DNA from: an uncultured Erysipelotrichaceae bacterium
Lineage (GTDB): Bacteria > Bacillota_I > Bacilli_A > Erysipelotrichales > Erysipelotrichaceae
Direction of reading: 5' to 3'
Assembly (NCBI GenBank): GCA_942492995.1
Contig: OW818653.1
Span: 690,001 to 722,000, forward strand
Length of the DNA stretch: 32,000 nt
Part shown: positions 25,310-32,000 of the stretch, piece by piece
Numbering within the stretch: the first letter of the stretch is position 1
How the letters are laid out: each line of letters starts with the position of its first letter
Notes under the pieces: model-generated
The model's input: only the letters and a program-made list of their open reading frames with translations
Databases searched by the model: none
Told to the model about the DNA's origin: nothing
Program-made: the position numbers and the translations under genes

Positions 25310-27697
25310 CTAAGCGATACGTAAGTCCGCATTCAAGCCTTTTTTGCATGCTTCAATGGTTTTTTGATATAAACCTGTAATTTCTTCTTCACTTAGTGTA
25401 TGATCAGGCGCTTGATAAACCACTTTTAACGCAATTGATTTCTTGCCCTTCTCAACTTTATCACCTTGATAGATATCAAAGATTGTGACGGATTGAATTA
25501 TGTCTTTAGAAACAGAACGTATAACTTTTTCAATTTCAGAAGCTAATACAGATTCATCACAGACCAACGCAATATCACGTACTACAGCTGGTAGTTTGTT
25601 TATTACATTATATTTAATTTTAGCTGTTTTTAACACTAAGAGTGTTTCAAGTAAGATTTCACCCATGATAACTGTACTTACATCGTATTTCTTAGCAGTT
25701 TTAGGATGGATTTCACCAATCACTCCAACAACTTTCTTATCAATTGTGACAAGTGCTGAACGTAATGGATGGAAGAAATCAGAACCTTCATTTGATTCAA
25801 ACTTAATACGATTGGATGTGAATCCTAATTCTAATAAAATTCTTTCGGTTATTCCTTTTGCGCTATAGAAATCATAAACAGAGTTTTGTTTCTGCCAAAT
25901 GGAAACTTCATGATTTCCACTTAACACAAACGCTAAACGTTCTTGCGTTTCTTTCATTGTGTTAAGATTCGAAATCTCAAATATCTGGAAATCTTTTATC
26001 TTATGCGCTTGATTATAACGTGCGGTATCAAGCAGACTCGTTAATAGATTGTTACGCACATAACGACGTTCTTCACTTAGAGGTGACATTAAGCGAGCTG
26101 GGTTCTCTAAAGGATAAACCCCTTCTGAACATTTATCTTCATGTACGAGTGTGTAAGTTATAACTTCATTCATACCGAAACCAACTGCTAATTGACGAAT
26201 CTTTTGACGGACAAGTTGGCGAGGGTTATATCCACCTTGCGTGCTCGGCATAATTGGTAATGTACCAACTAAATCTGTATAACCAATAATACGTCCAACT
26301 TCTTCAATCAAATCTTCCGCAACTTCGATATCTAAACGATAACTTGGAATCGTACAACTAATCCATTCGCCATCAATTTTAGGATTAAAGAATAAACGCG
26401 TAAATATTTCAACACAGGTATCAAGTGATACGCGTGTTCCAAGTAATGTCTCAATGTGTGAATGTGATACTTTTACGACTTTTAACTCTGAATTAAGTGA
26501 ACCATGAACTTTAGTTTCTTCAACTAATTTCGCATCCGCATATTCAACTAAAAGTTCTACCGCACGATCCATTGCCTTATACGCAGCCATTGGATCAAGT
26601 CCTTTTTGGAAACGAAGACTTGCTTCAGTTAATAGATTTACACGACGTGATGTATGACGAATACGTGTTGGATTGAATTGTGCTGCTTCGATTACGATAG
26701 ATTGCGTTGATTCATCAATCTTACTATCATCGCCACCCATAATTCCTGCTAAACCAATCGCTGTATTATTTGAAGTAATGACGATATCATTTTCTTCTAA
26801 CATTAAATCAGAATCATCTAATGTTTTAAGTGATCCAACTTGATGATCTTTTACGATAATTTCTAATTTAGCTAATTTTGAGGCATCATAGAAATGTAGC
26901 GGTTGACCTGTTTCAATCATGACATAGTTTGAAATATCAACGACATTATTAATCGACTTCATGCCTACAGCTTCTAAATCACGTTTCATCCAAACTGGAC
27001 TAGGTCCTACTTTTACTGAACCTATGTGTTTACCTAAGAATAATGGACACATAGCTGTTTCTGAACCAATATTAAGTGAACTTACTGATCCATTCACATG
27101 ATAATCTTTCTTCCATGGAATTGTAATATCACGTTTTAGTAGAGCAGATACTTCATACGCAACTGACCATAATGCATTACAATCATTACGATTTGGTGTT
27201 TGTTTAATATCAATAATGACATCATCTAGACCTAATGTAGATAATGCTTCTAAACCAACTACAGTACTTGGATCCAATACTTCTATTCCAGATTTTTGAT
27301 CATCGGTTAGACTCTTTGCATCTACACCTAATTCTAAGAGCGAACAAATCATCCCATTACTTTCAACACCTTTGATGCTCGCTTTTTTAATCGTGATTTG
27401 AGGTAACACAGCCCCAACTTTTGCGACAATAACCTTTTGTCCTTTACGTACATTCGGTGCTCCACAAACGATAGACACTACTTCATCCCCAACATTTACA
27501 AGTGTTTTAGATAGATGGTCTGATTCAGGATGTTTTTCACATTCTAATACTTCCCCAATCACAAGGTTTGTGCCATGCGCAACTGGTTCAACACTCTCAA
27601 CTTCTAATCCCGCTAATGTTAGTGTATCCGCTAAATCTTGAGCTTTGATATCTTTTAAGTCGACATAACGACTTAACCATTTTAAACTTACTTTCAT
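25310..27697 (-). CDS. pheT: Phenylalanine--tRNA ligase beta subunit
   Basis: 795 aa. It starts MKVSLKWLSRYVDL and shows tRNA-binding, B3/4, B5 and FDX-ACB domain order. It follows pheS. Confidence 0.93.
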   Translation of the reverse strand: MKVSLKWLSRYVDLKDIKAQDLADTLTLAGLEVESVEPVAHGTNLVIGEVLECEKHPESDHLSKTLVNVGDEVVSIVCGAPNVRKGQKVIVAKVGAVLPQITIKKASIKGVESNGMICSLLELGVDAKSLTDDQKSGIEVLDPSTVVGLEALSTLGLDDVIIDIKQTPNRNDCNALWSVAYEVSALLKRDITIPWKKDYHVNGSVSSLNIGSETAMCPLFLGKHIGSVKVGPSPVWMKRDLEAVGMKSINNVVDISNYVMIETGQPLHFYDASKLAKLEIIVKDHQVGSLKTLDDSDLMLEENDIVITSNNTAIGLAGIMGGDDSKIDESTQSIVIEAAQFNPTRIRHTSRRVNLLTEASLRFQKGLDPMAAYKAMDRAVELLVEYADAKLVEETKVHGSLNSELKVVKVSHSHIETLLGTRVSLDTCVEIFTRLFFNPKIDGEWISCTIPSYRLDIEVAEDLIEEVGRIIGYTDLVGTLPIMPSTQGGYNPRQLVRQKIRQLAVGFGMNEVITYTLVHEDKCSEGVYPLENPARLMSPLSEERRYVRNNLLTSLLDTARYNQAHKIKDFQIFEISNLNTMKETQERLAFVLSGNHEVSIWQKQNSVYDFYSAKGITERILLELGFTSNRIKFESNEGSDFFHPLRSALVTIDKKVVGVIGEIHPKTAKKYDVSTVIMGEILLETLLVLKTAKIKYNVINKLPAVVRDIALVCDESVLASEIEKVIRSVSKDIIQSVTIFDIYQGDKVEKGKKSIALKVVYQAPDHTLSEEEITGLYQKTIEACKKGLNADLRIA

Positions 27698-27706
27698 GTT
27701 TTTCTC

Positions 27707-28732
27707 CTACTCAAAACGACGGAATGTCGATAAGAAACGTAAATCGTTTGTATAGAATTGACGTATATCATCAATACCATATTTTAATAAGGCAACACGT
27801 TCAACGCCTAAGCCAAACGCAAAGCCACTTACTTTTTCAGGATCATATCCAGCCATTCTTAAGACATTTGGATGAACCATTCCAGCCCCAAGTATTTCAA
27901 TCCAACCTGTGTGTTTACATGTAGGACATCCCTTACCATTACAAATATGGCATGAAACATCGACTTCTACACTTGGTTCAGTGAATTGGAAATACGAAGG
28001 TCTGAAACGAATAACACGCGCATCCCCAAACATATGTTTAGCTAATTTTTCTAAAGTACCTTTTAAATCGGATAATGAAATCTTATCCCCTACGACCAAT
28101 CCTTCCATTTGAACGAATTGATGAGAATGTGTCGCATCGTCATCATCTTTACGATAGACTTTACCCGGACAAATTACTTTGATTGGGACTTCACCTTTAT
28201 ACGCTTCTAACGTACGTGTTTGAATCGCAGTTGTATGAGTTCTTAACAACCATTCCATGTTGATATAGAACGTATCTTGCATATCACGTGCTGGATGTTC
28301 CTGAGGTATATTTGCACGTTCAAAATTATAGTAATCTAATTCTACTTCAGGTCCTTCTTCAACGAAGTATCCCATTCCAATAAAGAACTGTTCAATTTCT
28401 GTTTGAACAACGGTTAAAGGATGTAGATTACCAACTCTTGGTAAACTTGATGGTAGTGTAATATCGATTTTACCTAATTTTAATTGTTCATTTAATTTCA
28501 AATCTTCGAGTTCTGCTTCTTTTTCTTTGAATGCATTTTCTAAAGTTTGTTTAAGTTCATTTACTTTAGAACCAAACGCAGGTTTTTCTTCTACCGGTAA
28601 ATCCTTCATTTGAAGCATTAACTGTGATACTAAGCCTTTTTTAGATAAATACTCATTACGAACTAAAGATAACTCATTTAAGTTCGTACATACTTGAATC
28701 GCTTCTAACCCATCTTTTCTTAATTTTTCCAC
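27707..28732 (-). CDS. pheS: Phenylalanine--tRNA ligase alpha subunit, 341 aa
   Basis: Class II motifs are present (HPARDMQDTFY, FRPSYFQFTEPS, GFAFGLGVERVA). Start moved from 28810 to the GTG at 28732 (VEKLRKDGLE), preceded by AAGGAGAAAAATT. The track's extension lies inside the T-box terminator. Confidence 0.9.
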   Translation of the reverse strand: MEKLRKDGLEAIQVCTNLNELSLVRNEYLSKKGLVSQLMLQMKDLPVEEKPAFGSKVNELKQTLENAFKEKEAELEDLKLNEQLKLGKIDITLPSSLPRVGNLHPLTVVQTEIEQFFIGMGYFVEEGPEVELDYYNFERANIPQEHPARDMQDTFYINMEWLLRTHTTAIQTRTLEAYKGEVPIKVICPGKVYRKDDDDATHSHQFVQMEGLVVGDKISLSDLKGTLEKLAKHMFGDARVIRFRPSYFQFTEPSVEVDVSCHICNGKGCPTCKHTGWIEILGAGMVHPNVLRMAGYDPEKVSGFAFGLGVERVALLKYGIDDIRQFYTNDLRFLSTFRRFE

Positions 28733-28744
28733 AATTTTTCTCCT

Positions 28745-28942
28745 TAAAATAAAAAAATCGCCCCTACAGGAACGAAATTCGCGGTACCATCCTGCTTTGT
28801 CTTGCGACACAGCTTAATCCGATAACGGTGGGACCGTGAGTGATTAACTCCTCTTTGGGGTGAATTCACAGAATATGAATAACTTTCAGCAGTTGTTATT
28901 CTCTCTACAGTGTTCTGTTACTATGTCCCAGCATTGATTTAC
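28745..28942 (-). promoter_or_regulatory. T-box riboswitch leader of pheST (Phe, UUC specifier)
   Basis: Seen on the minus strand: AGAGAG bay; helix AAUAAC/GUUAUU with a distal loop containing UGCUGAAA; helix ACAGAA/UUCUGU; specifier loop GAA-UUC-A (UUC at 28864-28862); F-box CACCGUUA; T-box AGGAUGGUACCGCG (28793-28779); and a terminator UCGUUCC-UGUA-GGGGCGA plus seven U (28750-28775). Confidence 0.88.
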
Positions 28943-28948
28943 ATGAAT

Positions 28949-28976
28949 AGTATACCAAAACCAACCAAATAATCAA
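28949..28976 (-). promoter_or_regulatory. Candidate promoter of the pheST leader
   Basis: On the minus strand: TTGATT (28976-28971), a 16-nt spacer ending in TGg, then TATACT (28954-28949). Confidence 0.55.
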
Positions 28977-28978
28977 AT

Positions 28979-29704
28979 TTATTTTCTAAAGTAATGTAAT
29001 AAGATTCCAGTCGCAACCCCAACATTCAAGCTATTAAACTTACTCGTTTCGATACGAATAATCGCATCGCTCTTACGTAAAAGTTCAGTTTTAACGCCTT
29101 TGCCTTCATTACCTAAGATAACCGCAACTTTTTCTGATTTCTCTACAGATTCAAGTGGAACGGATTGATTAAAACCTGTCCCATACACTTTATAGGATTT
29201 AGATTTTAACTCTTCAATTGCTTTAACACAATCCAAAGTCTCAGTTGGGATATGAAATATAGCACCTTGTGATGAACGAATAACTTTTTCATTGTATACA
29301 TCGACACAATCTTTTGAACAAATAATCTTATCGAATCCAAACGATAATGCCGTACGAATCATCGTACCCATATTCCCTGGATCTTGAATTTGGTCACAGA
29401 TTAATACACGTGATTCTTTTGATGTCTTAAGATCTGGGAATGTACATAAAGCGATAATGTTTTCTTTAGATTGTGTTGCACAAAGTTTATCAAACAAATT
29501 ATCCTTTAATTCAAATGTACTTCCCTTAAATTTAGGTTTATACCCAAAACGAACAATAACTGCCTCTACGCAATTTGCCTTTAATGCCTCTTCAAAAAGA
29601 TGTTCGCCTTCAACTAAAAAACGTCTATATTCACTTCTATATTTAGATTGATGAAGTTTCATCCATTGTTTATACGTACTATTTTGATTTGATGTGATTT
29701 CCAT
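28979..29704 (-). CDS. TrmH/SpoU-family RNA 2'-O-methyltransferase (YsgA-like)
   Basis: 241 aa with SPOUT motifs (DPGNMGTMIRTA, ILGNEGKG, SLNVGVATGILL). Located upstream of pheS, as ysgA is in B. subtilis. Confidence 0.85.
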   Translation of the reverse strand: MEITSNQNSTYKQWMKLHQSKYRSEYRRFLVEGEHLFEEALKANCVEAVIVRFGYKPKFKGSTFELKDNLFDKLCATQSKENIIALCTFPDLKTSKESRVLICDQIQDPGNMGTMIRTALSFGFDKIICSKDCVDVYNEKVIRSSQGAIFHIPTETLDCVKAIEELKSKSYKVYGTGFNQSVPLESVEKSEKVAVILGNEGKGVKTELLRKSDAIIRIETSKFNSLNVGVATGILLHYFRK

Positions 29705-29710
29705 AGACCA

Positions 29711-29719
29711 AGTATAACA
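29711..29719 (-). promoter_or_regulatory. Extended -10 box 6 nt upstream of the trmH-like ATG (possible leaderless start)
   Basis: The minus strand reads TGtTATACT-tggtct-ATG. No SD is present, and the box is fused to the ileS terminator U-tract. Confidence 0.45.
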
Positions 29720-29742
29720 AAAAAGTACTCTTTCGAGTACTT
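29717..29742 (-). terminator. Intrinsic terminator after ileS
   Basis: The minus-strand RNA reads AAGUACUC-GAAA-GAGUACUU followed by UUUUUG. The stem overlaps the ileS stop codon. Confidence 0.8.
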
Positions 29743-32000
29743 AATCCTTTAATACCGCTATACAACGATCACATAACCCATCTTCTTGATGACTTTGTGT
29801 CACATTCCAACAACGTGGACATGTTAGACCTTCTGCTTTTTCGACTGTTACTTTAGTTTCTTGCGCAACCTTTATTTCGGATTGCGAAACAATTAACCAT
29901 TGTGAGAAGTTTGGTAAATATGCTTTAACTAATTGATCCACATCTTCACTGACTTCCACAAACACTTTAGCTTCTAAACTCTTACCAATGACTTTATCGG
30001 CACGTGATAATTCAAGTGCTTTGAAGATATCCGTACGTAACGCAAATAATTTATCCCAATCTTCTGTATTAACACTTGGTAATTCCATATGAACTGGTAA
30101 TTCTTTTAAATGTACAGAATCTTGATTTGGATAAAGCGCATCATGTACTTCTTCCATTGTATGTGAAAGTATAGGAGCTAAGATGCGGTTTAAACTATCG
30201 ACTACAGTATGTAAAACCGTTTGGACTTCTAATCGACGTTGACCTTCTTTTTTATCAATGTATAGTATGTCCTTCGTAAAGTCTAAGTAATACGCTGACA
30301 TTTGATTGGTCATGAAATTACTGACTGCACTGACTAAATTCTTATAGTCATATGTACGATATACGACATGCGCTAAATCAATGATTTGATTGAGTTGGTC
30401 CAAGATGTATAAATCAACTTTTGGTAAATCACTAAATTTAACTTTTTTATTTACATCAAATTCATCTAGATTACCTAATAAGAATCTAAATGTATTCCTC
30501 ATTTTCTTATAACTTTCAATAACTTGTTTTAAGAGATCATCTGAGATACGTACATCTGATTGATAATCAATTGAACTTGCCCATAGACGTAAGATATCTG
30601 CACCAGATGTCTTAACAACCTTATTAGGTTCAACTGTATTGCCTAATGATTTACTCATCTTTTCGCCTTTACCATCCAACACAAAGCCATGTGTTAAGAC
30701 TTCTTTATATGGCGCATGTCCGTGTACTGCGGTTGAAACGATAAGTGAGCTATTAAACCAACCACGATATTGGTCAGAACCTTCAAGGTATAAATCAACG
30801 GGTAATTTACCACCACGGGCAAGAATTACACCTGTATGGGATGATCCAGAATCAAACCAAACATCCATGATGTCTGTTTCTTTTCTGAATAGTCCTTCTG
30901 GACTTTCTGGATGAGTATAACCTGATGGTAATAAATCTTTCGCATCTTTATTAAACCAAATATTTGATCCTTCATTCTTAAATAATTCAGATACATGTTT
31001 GAATACAGCTTCATCCATGATTGGTGTGTTTTCTTGAGTATAGAAAATAGGAATTGGAACACCCCACGCACGTTGACGTGAAATACACCAGTCACCACGA
31101 TCTTTGATCATATTATGCATTCTGAGTTTACCCCATTCAGGAACCCATTTAACATTATCAATTTCATGTAATAATTGTGTACGAATCTTTTCAATTGACG
31201 CAAACCATTGTGTTGTGGCACGGAAAATAACCGGTTTCTTTGTACGCCAATCATGTGGATAACTATGCACGATATGTTCAAGTGCTAATAAAGCATGCTC
31301 GTTATCAAGATATTCAATAACTGTTTTATTCGCAACTTCGACAAACTGACCTACTAAGAAATCACCAGCTTCTGCCGTCATACAACCACGATCATCTACT
31401 GGACAGAACGCTTCTAACCCATATTTACGACCAACATTAAAGTCTTCAACCCCATGTCCAGGAGCTGTATGGACACAACCTGTCCCATCTTCATCTGTGA
31501 CATGATCGCCTAATATTACAATAGAAGTACGATCATAGAGTGGATGTTTGGTTTGGATGAATTCACATTCAGAACCTTTAAATGTCGCAAGAACACCTAA
31601 ATTAACTAATTTGAAACGTGTTAATAAATCTTCCATTAAACGTTTCGCAAAAATCAAGTTACCCTTTTCAGTCTTAACTTTTACATATTCGATATCCGCA
31701 TTTAAACAGATCGCAAGATTCGCAGGGATTGTCCAAGGAGTTGTTGTCCAGATGACGAAATAATCACCTTTATCAACAGGTCCTTTAGCTTCAGTCACTT
31801 CAAAACGAACGAAAATAGTTTCATCTTTTTTATCATGATATTCAATTTCAGCTTCAGCTAAAGCACTTTCACTACTTGGACTCCAATAGACTGGTTTTAA
31901 ACCTTTGTAGATTAAACCATCCATCGCCATCTTACCGAATACTTCGATTTGTTTAGCTTCAAACTCTTTTTGAAGTGTCGCATAGTAATGGTCATAATCG
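29741..32000 (-). CDS. ileS: Isoleucine--tRNA ligase, C-terminal ~750 codons; the N-terminus lies beyond the right window edge
   Basis: Shows the editing-domain region, KMSKS (GEKMSKSLGN) and a C-terminal zinc motif (CPRCWN...CDRC). The frame stays open upstream of the track's Met at 31930 through to position 32000. Confidence 0.93.
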   Translation of the reverse strand, partial: DYDHYYATLQKEFEAKQIEVFGKMAMDGLIYKGLKPVYWSPSSESALAEAEIEYHDKKDETIFVRFEVTEAKGPVDKGDYFVIWTTTPWTIPANLAICLNADIEYVKVKTEKGNLIFAKRLMEDLLTRFKLVNLGVLATFKGSECEFIQTKHPLYDRTSIVILGDHVTDEDGTGCVHTAPGHGVEDFNVGRKYGLEAFCPVDDRGCMTAEAGDFLVGQFVEVANKTVIEYLDNEHALLALEHIVHSYPHDWRTKKPVIFRATTQWFASIEKIRTQLLHEIDNVKWVPEWGKLRMHNMIKDRGDWCISRQRAWGVPIPIFYTQENTPIMDEAVFKHVSELFKNEGSNIWFNKDAKDLLPSGYTHPESPEGLFRKETDIMDVWFDSGSSHTGVILARGGKLPVDLYLEGSDQYRGWFNSSLIVSTAVHGHAPYKEVLTHGFVLDGKGEKMSKSLGNTVEPNKVVKTSGADILRLWASSIDYQSDVRISDDLLKQVIESYKKMRNTFRFLLGNLDEFDVNKKVKFSDLPKVDLYILDQLNQIIDLAHVVYRTYDYKNLVSAVSNFMTNQMSAYYLDFTKDILYIDKKEGQRRLEVQTVLHTVVDSLNRILAPILSHTMEEVHDALYPNQDSVHLKELPVHMELPSVNTEDWDKLFALRTDIFKALELSRADKVIGKSLEAKVFVEVSEDVDQLVKAYLPNFSQWLIVSQSEIKVAQETKVTVEKAEGLTCPRCWNVTQSHQEDGLCDRCIAVLKD

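Noticed and set aside
1-32000. Search for mobile elements, CRISPR arrays, tRNA/rRNA genes, prophage or known defence-system genes
   Set aside because: I saw no transposase, integrase or recombinase-like ORF, no spaced direct-repeat array, and no tRNA-like cloverleaf in the few intergenic regions. Every large ORF except the 353-aa regulator has a clear housekeeping identity.

Overview
This is a low-GC Firmicute-type chromosomal segment, almost entirely housekeeping, with 27 of 29 genes on the minus strand. All calls were made by eye; no search or folding program was run.

Gene order, left to right on the plus-strand map:
- parC (5' part), parE, and divergent plsY
- a yneF-like UPF0154 gene
- an AT-rich orphan HTH/helical-repeat regulator
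- a promoter-to-terminator structured sRNA (6S-like) immediately 3' of aspS
- aspS and hisS behind a T-box leader
- relA, apt, recJ, secDF and a comN-like gene
- a short dcw block: murD, mraY, class B PBP, ftsL, rsmH and mraZ, with a four-repeat MraZ operator
- rpmF (missing from the ORF track), yceD/DUF177 and an alpha/beta hydrolase
- divergent tmcAL
- yebC, pheT and pheS behind a second T-box
- a TrmH-family methyltransferase and ileS (3' part)

The synteny closely mirrors Bacillus: plsY-parE-parC, secDF-recJ-apt-relA-hisS-aspS-6S, ylbM-ylbN-rpmF and ysgA-pheST. I saw no transposase, integrase, CRISPR array, tRNA or rRNA.

The only accessory-looking locus is about 3.5-5.0 kb. It holds a 353-aa Rgg/PlcR-like (RRNPP-type) regulator of markedly lower GC. 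It is bracketed by two intrinsic terminators and by non-coding RNA-like sequence containing candidate micro-ORFs. This is the best candidate for something new, possibly a peptide-sensing regulator module, but the evidence is inferential.

Other points worth a second look:
- a GACAC specifier loop (Asp register, overlapping His) in the hisS-aspS T-box
- three genes (recJ, trmH-like, tmcAL) whose ATG sits 6-7 nt after an extended -10 box with no Shine-Dalgarno, suggesting leaderless mRNAs; two of these are fused to the upstream gene's terminator
- an intra-operon hairpin between apt and relA
- a His-rich tail on HisRS that overlaps the aspS start
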